Source: Sphaerodactylus townsendi
Lineage: Eukaryota
Reading direction: 5' to 3'
Assembly (NCBI RefSeq): GCF_021028975.2
Contig: NC_059433.1
Span: 32,674,001-32,738,000 of the forward strand
DNA length: 64,000 bases
In this document: piece after piece, positions 26,285-39,525 of the stretch
Position numbering within the stretch: position 1 is the stretch's first letter
Layout: every line of letters starts with the position of its first letter
Position numbers and translations under genes: made by a program
The notes under the pieces: model-generated
Databases searched by the model: none
The model's input: only the letters and a program-made list of their open reading frames with translations
Told to the model about the DNA's origin: nothing

Positions 26285-27739
26285 TAGATACCCTTTACAA
26301 TTATAATACACTGCAACACTGGGATGTGCAGAAGGAGAGATAGTATTTGAATAAATATAGAAAGCTTGGTTATCAAATTAAATTTCCAGCAAATGTGTGG
26401 ATGCAAACTACATGCAAAAACAGCTTTGCAGGAGCCAAGAAAAGCTAATGATTTTCTTACCAGAGTAAAAGCCAGTTTCAGGTCACTTTAGCTTTTCCAG
26501 TCCCAGGAGGGCAAATGTGTTCTTTCATGTTTTGCCATAGCCAACCCCCACACTCCTTACACTAACCATGTATAGCAGAAACAGGAAGTATTTTAAAGTG
26601 AAAGGAAAATCAGACAAGGGGAAGAAAATACCTTTCCTGTCTTCTTTTTTCCTCCTTTTCTTTCTTCCTTAAAAATCATATCGATGTTGTGATTAACTTG
26701 CATTCTACAGCACAGTTGATGTGACAGTCAACCAAATTAATCCCATTATGCAAAATCCAGTTCACAAGTGGTTTTGCTTCTCCCCCTTTTTTTGCAAAAT
26801 TATGTCAATTTCCCCATAAATTGGAAAGACCATGTCAGCTTTCTGTATTGCAAGTAGACACTACACAGTGCTGTATGTCTATATTCCTTTAATGCGGAAA
26901 GATACAAATTTTAGCTCAGTGGCACAAATTAAGATTCATAACTTTTATGCTGATGCTTCTGTTCACATGCAGCTTGTATGGGAATTGCCATTAGGTTTTG
27001 CATTCATTTTAATTCCCAGTTCTTGCATTGTTCCAACTACATGGAGAAAAAGAGATTTAAAGCATTGTGCACAGACACTTAAAATAATTATAGTTTGCTT
27101 ATTCTGGTAGTGAAAACACACTTATACACACAAAAACCATGAAGGACACATTCACAGCATAGCTTATGTTGAGTGTAGTGTCAAGAAAGTGAACAGCGAT
27201 AGATGCTCTCTTCCCTGGGTCTTTCTCCCTACACTGCTGTTTTTGTTGCGTGATTTGGCTGTCCTGTAGGTGACCAAAGCTGAATTCCCTGCATTCAGCC
27301 AACCTGTCAAATTAAAACCTTTTCTGCTGGGTACTGGACAAATGTGATGTGGAGGGTTAAAGCACTTTAGCCTTTTGCCATCGACTCACTAGGCCCCCAA
27401 CATCTGCTCACAGAACTCAACAAACTGCAGTTCGCTCTCTTAGAATGCAGCATCCTCAGCACAGATGCTAAATGTCTTTCAACGGCATATATGAGTTTCA
27501 AAAAAAGATGTATACCAAAAAAACAACCACCCCATATTTAATTATCACACCTGCCTAAAGTACTTGATCTATTGATCAAACTAAATTTTTGTTTGATATT
27601 GTAGATTCTGGGGAGTATGTGTGCTATACATGCATTAGACATGTATTGAGTTGTCAACACTCTTGGCATTCATGTCCATCTTGCAAATAAACCATTTTGC
27701 ATTGGGGGGGGGGGTGAGTCAGAATTAAAGGCTTCTTAT

Positions 27740-28235
27740 GGCCCTTTCTGCACAATCAGAACAAAACATTTTGAGGCAGAAAATAAAGAGTTTCGCCAAA
27801 ACGTTTTATTTCTAGTCTGAAAATGTTTTATATGCATACTTTATTTTAGTGATACTTCTTGTGAAAACATTTTTAAAACATTGTCACTTGCTTTGTGGAG
27901 GTCTTTAAAACATTTCCTACCACTCTCTACCGTTCCCAGACTTCCCCCTCAGTGCAATTTTCTAAGCTCATTCCATCATCTTGCCTGTTCACTGCCATCA
28001 TTAAAAAAAAAGGGAGGTAAAATCTTCAAAGCTGCAAAGACACAACCCACGAAATACAGCATGAGGCTTTGAAGCATCAAAGCTATGAATCTACAGGGAC
28101 GTTAATATAAAATGGAAGAATCACAAAATGGAAGCCAGGAATCATTTTGAGGGGTGAGTGCAGACAAATGGGGAGGATTGTAAACATTTTGCAAATGTTT
28201 TGCAAAGTTTTTCAGTGACTTGTCTGGAAATGGTC
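27740..28235. mobile_element. Non-autonomous PIF/Harbinger-like element (~500 bp)
   Basis: Imperfect TIRs ggccctttctgcacaa / ttgtctggaaatggtc and 3-bp TSD tat/tat. Confidence 0.7.
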
Positions 28236-31200
28236 TATGTCACATTGATTGGTTGTGGGGGAGGGAACCCCATAAAAATAGTGCAATTTATCCTTTGTAG
28301 TCTTTCCAATCATGGTAAACACTTCTACTTCACAGAAGAGCAGGGAAGCATTTTTCACCAATTCTACCTTTGAATGCAGCCTCCACTAAAACACTGTATA
28401 ACGAACAGACAGTATATGCAAACATATTTGGTGTATTTTTCATGTGACAAGTAGTTGGGTAGGGTAAGTATCCCCTGCTGGAGAGTTATTTTATAAATAG
28501 CAGCAAAGCTCATTGAAGGGTACAATGCAGTAAGCTCTAAAAAAGGGTGACAAGCAAGCATGTCCCCCCCACAATGGGCATTACTGGTGCCTTTTCTCCT
28601 CCCCCCACATCTGGCCACATCCTGTCTACCTGTTGATGTTCATCTGGTTTTAGGAGTGGTGGGAGGGGGGGCAGAAATGGGGACTGTTTCGTGTGGTGGA
28701 AGAGGTCAATGGGCAGGAAAAAATGCCTGGCCACCTTGCTGTTTGGAGGGTGGGAGTCAGGGGGCAGAGGAATGATGGGTTCTGTCATGTGGAGCATTAG
28801 CAGCTGACCACTGGTGCTCTGCAAGGTCCACTTGGAGGGTGGGAGTGGGTGGGCGGGGTGCTCATCGGCAGGACATTCGAAGGCTTAGACAATTATAGGT
28901 TAGGATTGAAAGATACACTTCGATAAGAAAGCCTAGAACATGAAATTCTCAGGCATCATTGTGCAGCTATTGTGGAGGTACCCCATAAAATGGAGAGAAA
29001 ATTAGTGAACCAAATTTCCTCAAACCCTGCCATTCCCGCTCAGCAGTGACAGAGCTACAACCAGAGGAGACAAAATGAAGGTTGATACCACTTCTCACTG
29101 TACTCACTATGAAAAATAGCTCATGGAAGGAACCTGGAGAATAGCCCAGGATCAGTACTACCCAAAATTAGCTTCATAGCATCTTCCCTTTATAGTAGAT
29201 TTAGCTGGTTAAATCAAATCTGTTTAATTAAAAATACTCAAACAACTATGTGTTTTTCTTATCAAAGTCCACCATGGAATCAAGCATGCCATATAGCACT
29301 ATAAAATATAATGAGTCAAAGAATCAACAATTTGAATTAAGAAAGGTGAATTAAAATAATAACCCTGATCACATATTTTAAATTATGTTTGAAAACTGGG
29401 GAGAGAGCAGTGCATCACATGGTCTTTTAAGTGTGGTTCCAGGACTATACATCAGCATGCATGATTGTCACTTTCTTTTACTGTTTTTAGATGAACAATA
29501 AAAGCATATCACAGCTACCAAGTTTTTGGTGCAGCCTAGGCTGGCTGGGAATATCAAACATTCCAAGAGATTGGTTTGTTCTTTTATACCAGCTTGCTAA
29601 GCTTGCTGCTTTCCTCACTGTTAATTTTCAGGTTTTGTGGATTTTAATACTGTGATTTTATTGTGTTCTGCACTGAATTGTTTCCTAGGCGACAACTTTT
29701 ACGTTTTTGTAAGCTGCCTTGGGAGCGCTATCTGTCAACAGGCGAGACAGAAGTATTATAATAAAGAAATGTTTAGAATTATTTTAGAGAATATGAACAC
29801 TCTTCATGGGGTGGTTAGATGAATTTGTTGAGTATTGTACACTGAAATCCTCCAAGGTATCTGGCTGTGGGGAAAAGAAGGGAATGTATTTGTAAGCTGC
29901 TTTGAGAGTCTTTATGACTGAGAAAAGCGACATATAAATCCAAACTCTTCTCTTCTGCAAATTATATTTTAGAACACATGTGTTGACAAAGCTGAGGTAT
30001 TCTTAAATTGGGGTGGAATGTTTGATGAACAGCTGTAATCACTGCAAAAGATTATCCTACTTTGTTTTTCTTTTCTTTTTTTCAGTCAATCTTCAGAAGG
30101 CTGCATACTGGACAACAATATTCCTTACCAGAAATGTGTGTGTTTTCTGAAAGCGCATCAAAAATAAACACTATAAACACTATAAAAAATGAACAAATAT
30201 AGACACATTGTTACCTTAAAAATCCTGTGGAGCTTATCCTCTACTTGGGCAGACAATAAATTGTTCATCAAAAATGGCTGGAGCTGTCATCAGCATTGAT
30301 GCAAAGGAAAAAGATGTTCTCTACTGATATATCACATGAAATGTAGCATATCCCTTGTATTAGAACAATTTTGTTATGTTATTAGCAATGTACAAGCAGA
30401 TTTATACATCAGGCACAAGGAGTGGCCTCATAAATAGTGTAAGGATGAATGGGATGTCCAACAAATCCATCATAAATGCCATAAATGAATTTGATATAGA
30501 CAGGGAAGCAAGAAGACTTCTGTCAAGGGATGGGTCTACCTCCCAGCACCAGGCAGCCTGTTCCACGCCTCTCCTTGTCACCCAGGGACCCTGGAGCACC
30601 CCACAACTGGTAGCCCCACCCTTGGACTTACCAGTAGAAGCTGGAAGAAACGGCAGGAAAACTGCGGGGCAGCAAGAGCAAGCCTCAGCAATTCCAGGCA
30701 AACAGATGGAGATAGCACAGCGCTGGCCAAGTTGTAATCAGCAGCCCACTGCAGCCTTAGAGAATGGGACAGGGCCGACACAGGCTAACCAGGCTGCAAT
30801 CAAGGAGGAGGCCAAGAAAGCTGAAGAGCCAGTCCCAAGCTGACAGAGCATTATAGACAGCTCGCCAGCCACTAGGAGGCTGGAGCAGGGAGCTCTCAAG
30901 AGGAAGGGAACCTCCTCAGAGGAATAAAAGGGAAACGGGGTTGGTTGGTGTGATGCAGGGGCTCAAGCTTACAGGAATGCTGTTAACTACATTTTGGCAA
31001 GTGGATCTATGTTGGTTTTGATTTTAAGCTGGATCAGGAAAATGCCCACATTATTTATATGATGAGAGATCCAAAGTAGACATGATGAAGACCAAGGATC
31101 CATGCTGTTCTCTAGTTTAACTGTGTGCATGTAGAACTGCATTTGGATCAGGACCTTGTGAGAGGGCATTTAACTCGTCAATTCCTGATCAGTTTAACTA

Positions 31201-31629
31201 GTCAAAATTGGGTTTCATGTACTTTTATTGGCATTTTAGAGGAGATATAAGAGAGGTTTTAAAATGAAACACACACTCTTTAGAACTACTAACAGTACAG
31301 AAACCCCCAGTTTCAGTTATCAAAAGTGACGAGGGATTAAAAGGTTAAATTACCCTTTCCCTTCCTGTGCAGCTCAAACCAGAATTGGAGCAGTGTGTAT
31401 GCATGCAGTGTACCTTTAGCAGACTATGATCTCTGTCATGTTTGCTTTGTCCACAAGTATGACGTATCATATTGTACCAGCTTTACATGTTCTTTAAAAG
31501 TGCAACACAAGCCAGAAAGAAAACTGATTAATCTGTCCATTGTGCAACATGGTGAATCACAGTTCTCCCAAGCTCCAGGTGATGACAACGTCTCAATGCA
31601 ACTAATGGAGCAGCTAGAAACATTTGCAG

Positions 31630-32020
31630 TCAATATTTTGAGTCCCTTCAACAGCTGTTTTGTTTTGCATGAGCATCAGTCCACGATATATCATCAACTT
31701 ACACAACTCAGTCCAAGCTGTCTTCAGTCAACAGCCAATTGCTTTCAGCAGCATGACTTCAGTAACCTGGATGACCAGAAACCTGGATGCTGCCTCACTC
31801 TCCACAACTATTTGATTTGCTGGTTAACCACCCTCACCATCTGATAGAGGTCTAGCAATGAGAGTCACGTTGATGACTCTCCACTCATGACCACTTGACC
31901 TCTATGATGGATGCACTTATAAGAAGTCTAAACTGATTAAGGGTCTTTGTTTCAGAAATAATGTTCAATGCTGCTTACTCTGTGTCTGCTTCATTGAAGA
32001 CTGTCATAATCTGTTGCAAT
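31630..32020 (-). mobile_element. Old RTE-like LINE reverse transcriptase fragment
   Basis: Minus-strand translation gives decayed QQIMTVF...LNIISETKTL, similar to the post-YADD segment of RTE RTs. Weak. Confidence 0.35.
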
Positions 32021-33938
32021 TTACATATGTCAGCTAAATAACTCAATCTGAAATCTTTGGTGATAATTTTTTAAAGATTGTTTTAAACATTGCCCGTATT
32101 TTCAAGGTGTCTAATGTACAGCCATTAAAATACTGTCAGACTCCAGGTTTCAGTCAGCTGTTGCTTCAAGGCTCTGCTATCATTATTTCCAGAGATTTTG
32201 ACATTAGAAGTGGCAAGGGGAACCTTTTAGCTAGCATTTTGAATCAGGGCACCCAATCCGAGATCTGACCTTAAAATAGAAAATGGAATCTGTAAAACAA
32301 GAATCAAAAATAACATGGCTCTGATATAATTTTGGCACATCTTCTATTTTAGCTGTTGATTAATAAAGAGTAAGGATTTTAAAAAAATCTTTTGTGTTAT
32401 TTGAGTAATAATGGAACTGTACCTGTATTAACAAGCTTCTTGCAATTTAATACAATTAGGCTAAAAACTGCAAATAAAATGAATGAATCCATCAACCAAT
32501 CATTTTCTCACAAGAGGTTTTTCTTATTATTATTTCCATGTGTACAGGGTTGAAAGAAACAAAAAAAATAGTTTCAGGAAACATACTTTTTGTTCCTATT
32601 TTCCTTACAAATAGAAGCTACATATTCACTACTTAGGGTACAGCTGAAGGTGAAAGGGAGATCTGTGACAATATGCACATCAATTTTGTGTGTCCACAGT
32701 TTTGTTTTGTTTGCATTTATGTCCAAAACAGAAATTTCTAGCACAGAAGGATTTGTGTGGTAATTCATTACAGCTGAACCATCAGCCAGTTTGGAATACT
32801 GTGAGCATTTCCACGTGCACATTAAACCCACAACGTGTTGGCTGCTATTTGTGTGAGACTCTAAACATGAATTCTGCCAGCAGACACATTATCATGCCAG
32901 ACAAGATGCAAACCTGAACCATATGGATGGGGAAAGAGATCCTTTTTCTTCCATCCTGCTGCTTCCATTCCCCTTCGCTCACTGTATTATCTCCATTTTA
33001 AATGGACTGACTATTTCCACATGGCATCAGGAGGTGGGGGCAAGTGGGAGCTATTTGGGAAAGAAAGTGTTTCCTTTTTAAATAGGAAAAACTGTGAACA
33101 ATAACATACCCACTGTTTCCTCATCAAACATAAGGCTTTGCAAAAAGTTGTAATGAAATAAATAGAAAACATTTAAAAATCTGTGCTGCAGATTTAGCCA
33201 AAATTGCACCGAGTTGCAGATGCCCTCTGCCTCGGGGAATGAGAGTTTATGCTTTTCAAGGCCTTGTTAAAATGGGTGCTTCCAATCAACAAGGGGAAAA
33301 AAATATTTTTCTCGTTAATGCTATGCCAGTGTAGCCCTGCTTTCTGCTAATTGTATATTTATAATCCCCTTGCAAAGGGCACTGTTTAACCTCTCAGCTC
33401 CTGCCTCTCATCACTGCTGATGTTAATGTGAAAAAGAAGGGTTTCTTATCTCTTCAAAATGACATGTATGCAGCAGTGTTGAAATAAGAGAATGCATGCA
33501 TGGCCCTCTGGAAAAACAAATCCATCAGTGAGTCTTCCACTGGGAGATCCTTCTGTACACGCTGTCTGTGCTATTGGCTGTAGAATTATGGGTGCATTCA
33601 CTGCATCTAGGAAAGAGGTAGGAGGCCAGAAATCAGACCAAACCAAGTCCTCCAATCAGACCTAAAGATCTCACAGAATTACAACTCATTTCCAAACAGA
33701 GATCAGTTCCCCTGGAGAAAAGGTTTCCAGGTCCTTCCTGGCAACCAGCGGGAGTTTCATGGGGCGGGGCTGATGGCAGTGATCTGTGCGCCAAAGAGAT
33801 GATGTCACTTCCAGGTAGATGCAGAAGTGGTGGCATTGCACTGGGGATGCTCTAGCACTCTCCCCCCAAAAACTCAATTTCTCAGCCGTGGGTTGCCCTG
33901 ACTTGTTGAGAATCAGAAAACCCTGGTGCTAAAAGACT

Positions 33939-34259
33939 GGCTGATTACCCACAGCTGGCTCTGCCCTGCCCTTACCCTGCTCTGGTGCAGAAGTCATGCC
34001 GGAAGTGCTCTTGCCTTCTGCAGGGAAAGTGAGAAGCACAGGCAGGGCAAAAGAATGTATGTTGAGAGAAGACATCCTGCCCCAACATGCTTCCTCTCGC
34101 TGTACGCTGCAGGGAGGAAATGCGTTCAGTCAAGAGTTTTTGCCCCAAAGTGCTTCAGCTGTAGGCACGCGACAGGGAGGAAGCGTGTCGGGACAAGAGT
34201 TCTTACCCCGACACGATCCAACTGCCTGAGAGCAGCAGCTGCCCTGTGGGTAATCGGCC
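33939..34259. mobile_element. Harbinger-like MITE with internal ~60-bp repeats
   Basis: TIRs ggctgattacccacag / ctgtgggtaatcggcc. TSD not evident. Confidence 0.65.
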
Positions 34260-34830
34260 TGTGTAGTATTAACAGCCTAAACATGGCTAAGAACAAATTA
34301 ACACACCTCCAAGCATAGTTAGTTATTAGGAGGAAGCAAGACACTCAAATCCTTCCTTTCTAAGAGAGGAGGAAGCCTGATGCTAGGGTACAGTAGGGAA
34401 TCCAAAGCTCTGTGTTCATTTGCAAACAGATTTCCCAAGTGGGGGGGAGATGGAGCTTCTGCCTGGGCGGAAGACACCATAGAGCTGTAAATACTGAAGC
34501 TGCACACAAAACCTCACTGTTTTTCTTTACAGTTTATTTTCCTTTTTTTAAAAAATAACTTGATTCAGCCTCAATTTTTAAACAAGTTATTAAAACTTCA
34601 CATTTTAGTTATTCAATTGGATTTCATTTATATTGGTTTCAACTAGACACATATTTTGGCCTGTATTTTTGTATCCCTTTGCTCAAGGGATCCTCCTTGT
34701 CAAATTTCAGACATATAGGAGAAATCCCAATTTTATATGCAATTCATTCTTGCTTTCAGATTGAGTTCTGGGAGGGCTTTGTTCAACAAAGAAAGAAAAT
34801 GATGAGCACAAATAAGAACAGACAGGAATT

Positions 34831-35043
34831 TAGGATGTTGTGGGTTTTCTGGGTTCTGTGGCCGTGTTACAGCAGTATTTTCTTCTAACGTTTCGCCTGC
34901 ATCTGTGGCTGGATCCTCTGAAGTTGCCAGCCACAGATGCAGGTGAAATGTCAGGAGAAAATACTACTGGAACACGGCCACACAACCTGGAAAATCCACA
35001 ACAACCTAGTGATTTCGGCCATGAAAGCCTTGGATAATACATT
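34831..35043 (+). mobile_element. Penelope-like element terminal (pLTR) inverted fragment containing a hammerhead motif
   Basis: ~80-bp inverted arms plus a 3' tail gccatgaaagcctt...aatac. Hammerhead-like core at 34914-34956. Homologous to 53835-54020 and 16420-16483. Confidence 0.75.
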
Positions 35044-35197
35044 AAACAGGAATCTCTCTTGGGTGTGTGTCTGTGCGTGTGTGTGCTGTCAAGCCACAGC
35101 TGGCTTATGGCAACCCTATAGGGTTTTCAAGGCAAGAGACATTCAGAACTTTGCCATTGCCTGCCTCTGCATGGGCTCAGAGTTCTAAGAGAACTGT

Positions 35198-35872
35198 GAC
35201 CAAACTAGACATTATGGTCTAACCTGTGGACACCAACACCATTTTAGAGAAGAGTCTGACCATTTAAAAATGGTTATGATGCAAGAAGTGCAAGCCATTT
35301 TGTTTTTTCCCATAAGACTTTTCAAGTCCTGAAACAGCCATGGAGAACTCTTTCAGCACTTGAAAAGGAACATGTGGGCAGTGGCGACGCCATCAGGGTA
35401 TGGCGGGGTGTGCAACGCACCGGGCGCACCGATTCTGGTCATGTGGAGGGAGGAAAAATCCCCCCGCGGCCCCCTGCGGCGCCCCCCGCCCCCCATGGTG
35501 CACCCCCCACTTACTTTTAGGGATCACAGAGAAGAAGCCTGGATCCCAGAGAAGAATCCTGCCTGTGTTGCCTGGGCCTGTGGGAACTGCATTTCCCAGG
35601 GGCTCCTGGGAAATGTAGTTCCCACCAGGCTCAGGCAATGCAGGCAGGCTTCTTTGGCCTGCTCCTTTCCTAAAAGTAAGTGGAATGGGGTGCTGCAGGG
35701 GGGCTGCTGCGGGGTGGGGGGGCACCACGGGGGGGGCAAAAAAAACAGTGTGTGCACTGGGCGCACTCTGGCTTAGCTACGCCTCTGCATGTGGGGACTA
35801 TATTGCCTGATTCTGCTGTGCCATGGACCCAATAAGGATTTTTTAATGAATGTCGTAATGTCTAGTTTGGCC
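35198..35872. mobile_element. Harbinger-like non-autonomous element hosting a hAT insertion
   Basis: TIRs gaccaaactagacatta / taatgtctagtttggcc. Confidence 0.7.
35379..35787. mobile_element. GC-rich non-autonomous hAT element (nested)
   Basis: Ends cagtggcg / cgcctctg and 8-bp TSD catgtggg on both sides. Confidence 0.88.
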
Positions 35873-37753
35873 CTACACTTGGTGGAACTTTAGCCAGCTG
35901 GGTCAGCTCCTCCATCGTAGAACAGAGTCCTTCTGCCACACAAGTTATTTTCTTATGTGAAAAAGACTTTTTGTAAATACCCAAAGATCTCCTCATCTAG
36001 TTTAGTCCTTTAAGTAAAAGATGTTGCTTATTTCTTTTCCTTGCCAGAGCTAATAGCAATTTGGGCTGGTGGTGGGGACTGCATACAAGTTTTAAATAAA
36101 CTAGACTTGAAGTAAACTAGACGTGAAAAGAAATGGGAGGCTAATGGAGAAAACATTTATTTTCAGTAGTTTGGAATGAACATCAGGAATTCTTGTCCAG
36201 TGTGCACACATATGTTGGAATAGGGCACATTCACCTAAAACCCAACCTGTCTAGGTCTGAACAGCCTGGTTAATATTGTATTTACAACTGATGATCAATA
36301 GCTTGATATGGGCCTATATGTGTTGGCTTATATGTTTGTGGACCCTATTCAAATATCTGTCCTAAAGTGTTTGGGGGGGGGGCTGGGGGGGCACAAACCC
36401 CTTACCCTACCATTCAAAAGAACAAGATGGGGAAAGTATAATTTGATCCAGATCTAAATGGTCATGGCCCAAACAAGATAAAATGTACTATAAATTGATT
36501 ACCACTATATATTTAGAAGAAGGTTCAGCATACTCTGTGGTGGATAATTATATAATAAATACCATTTATTACTATACCTACTGTGCAAAATAACACTGTT
36601 AAAATTATATTCCCCTTATTCTTAAGGTAAAAGTCAGGATACATTTTGGTAGTAATAAATATAAAGGTTGGTGTGTATTTACCTAATAGGAGGAAGATAC
36701 TATAGAAAAGTATTATATCAAATGAATAACTGTAATTCAGGCTCTCTTATATTAAAAATCTTTTATAAAAGCTAAGATCCATTTTTAATTTTATTCTTTT
36801 TTTACCCTTTCCTTTTGTATAATCTTTTTACTGCTTATTTTTATGTATGTTTTATTAAAATGAGAAAATAATTTTTAAAAACTATTTTTTAAAACAAGGT
36901 TGTATTAACATATAGGGTTGGGTCCGGAGGTAATTTCCACTGATTGAAGGTTTTTCCTTAACAACTTTAGGGTTTCCTCACCTCCCGTCTCCTACTGCAG
37001 GCTGAAACAGCTTTCAAAAGGCTGCTCCTAAGTAACAGAGACCCCCTGCACACACGTTCGGACACTAGAGCAGCGTGATAGACCCGTTGGAGATTTACAG
37101 CAGGAAGAAGGAATCAGCAGAAATCACCCTTCCCTGATTAGTGGAAATTTACCACAGGATACAAGGCAATTATTAGAAGTGGTAGAGGGAGAGCATGGCC
37201 CTGACAGGAAGAGAGGGTTTTTTATGTCAGCGAGAAGAATTCTGTAGAACCAAGAGCCAAGGAATCATCAATAGAAAGCACAAGAATATATACAAGCTGC
37301 AGTCTCACATTTGCTTCTGGAATTTCAGTGGGCCCCATCCTTGTATTGTCAACCTTTACCTTGCAGTCATAACAATTTTTTAGAAAAATCTTACTTGCTA
37401 TCTGTTATAGGCACCTATGTAAATTAAAACGTTTCTTGATATGCGTTGGCCATCATGACAACCCAAGCAAAAGTCATGTTAAATCTGGCAACAAATGGCA
37501 ATGGTCACACACACTAATCCAGTGAGTTTTGAATGTTGTTTTTAAATGTGCATATATTTTTAAAGTTTAGGGAATTCATGTCCTATCCTTTTTAATATTA
37601 TTAATTGTTATGTCTTGTGGTCTGTATTTTAAAACTTTGCCATTTATTGTGTTGCGTTTTCTTCTGCTTGGCAATGTGCAATGTCTTTGGCTAAAAACAA
37701 CAAGGAACTATTTCTGATAATACTAAAATCACACGCAACATGTGATTGGTGTT

Positions 37754-38058
37754 TGGAATATGCTGTCACAGGAGGTGGTGATGGCCACTAACCTGGATAG
37801 CTTTAAAAGGGGCTTGGACAGATTTATGGAGGAGAAGTCAATCTATGGCTACCAATCTTGATCCTCTTTGATCTGAGATTGCAAATGCCTTAACAGACCA
37901 GGTGCTCGGGGTCAACAGCCGCAGAAGGCCATTGCTTTCACATCCTGCATGTGAGCTCCCAAAGGCACCTGGTGGGCCACTGCGAGTAGCAGAGAGCTGG
38001 ACTAGATGGACTCTGGTCTGATCCAGCTGGCTTGTTCTTATGTTCTTCGTATGTTCTT
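37754..38058 (+). mobile_element. CR1 LINE 3' end
   Basis: ORF2 C-terminus WNMLSQEVVMATNLDSFKRGLDRFMEEK, 3' UTR hairpin region and (TTCTTATG)n-type tail. Confidence 0.88.
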
Positions 38059-38110
38059 AAAAAACAGTAAAAGTTGTAGGTATGCAAAACTGTGCATTAG
38101 ACAGCACATA

Positions 38111-38662
38111 CTGTGTTTCTCCGAAAATAAGACAGTGTCTTATATTAATTTTTGCTCCCAAAGATGCACTATGTCTTATTTTCAGGGGATGTCTTATTTT
38201 TCCGCTCCACAGCTGCATACTCTGGTGTTCTGTTCGACAGGCATGCTTCCAAACAAAAACTTTGCTATGTCTTACTTTCGGGGGATGTTTTATATTTAGG
38301 GGCGTTTTTCCACTTACCTTCTGCCCCACGCTACTGTAGGCAAATAGCGTGGGGTCCCCTGGCACTCCCCACTACAGGGGCAGCGACAACGCAGCCGCCC
38401 CGACGCTGCCGCTGTCGCGCCCCCTCAGCACGCGTCATTCCTGGTGCTCTTCCAAACTGCACCTTTGGATGACCCCGGGCAGAGCGAGTGGTCGTCAGGA
38501 GGAAGCCCAGGTGCTTGTGCCATAGAAATGGCGCGCTGAGGAGCAGTCTGCGGGGGGGCATCACGAGTGTGCATTGGGCAAGTGGGGAAACGCCCTAGCA
38601 CTTCAGCAAAACCTCTACTACGTCTTATTCTCAGGGGATGTCTTATTTTCAGAGAAACAGGG
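38111..38662. mobile_element. Tc1/mariner-superfamily non-autonomous element
   Basis: TIRs ctgtgtttctccgaaaataagac / gtcttattttcagagaaacaggg flanked by TA, with subterminal gtcttatt-ttcagggga repeats. Confidence 0.85.
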
Positions 38663-39231
38663 TATTTGTGCACTTGTATGGCAAAATTCCAATGGCAAAG
38701 TAATTGTATAGCCAAGTAATATATCATTCAACCATGTGCAAAAATAGATATATGCATACAAATACTCATGTACACGCATGCACTTACTCATAGTGCCTTC
38801 CTCAAATGACTTACAGCTAAATTTGAAAAACAAGTGAAGCATGTCTCAGACTTAGGAGATATGTGAAAAACCAAGACATTTCTTTTTCTTTACATTCACA
38901 GCCAGATATTGCAATGCTACAAGGCTATATGTAGATAGAGAATAATGTGCAGCTTATCATGTCAATGATAGATTCCTCTGTGCCACTTAAGATATAAATC
39001 ATTAATTCAAATCATAAATTTTCTGTTTACACTACAAGAAAAGAAATCACTCCCAACTCAGCAGAACATGAAAAGCCTTAGCACATAAAGCCTCAATTGC
39101 TAACAACTGTATTCAGAACTGAACTGGAGATTCCATTTCATTCAGCAAAGGTGTATCTATGTGTCAAGAGCATATGTTTGGCGTTTTCCAGAAAACCAGT
39201 CCAGAGAAATCCAAATCTTTTCAGTATGAAG

Positions 39232-39525
39232 TAGTAGAAGAAAAAAAGTTTGGATTTATACACTACCTTTCTCTCCTATAAGGAGTCTCAAGGCGGCTTT
39301 CAAACTCCTTCCCTTCCTCTCCCCACAATAGATACTCTGTGAGGCAGATGAAGAGAGAGTTCTAGGAGGACTCTGACTAGCCCAAGGTCACTCAGCAGGC
39401 TTCATGTGTAGGAGCGGGAAAAGAGTTCACCAGATAGTAGTCCACTGCTCAGGTGGAGGAGTGGGGAATCAAACCTGGTTCCCCATATTAGAGTCCATCA
39501 CTCTTAACCACTACACCACTCTGGC
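39232..39525 (-). mobile_element. Squam3-type SINE
   Basis: Reverse-complement homologue. Confidence 0.85.

Noticed and set aside
30376-30960. 155-aa ORF and a possible solo LTR starting TGTCA at 30521
   Set aside because: No recognisable domain. I could not find a matching LTR end or TSD, so neither a gene nor an LTR is called.
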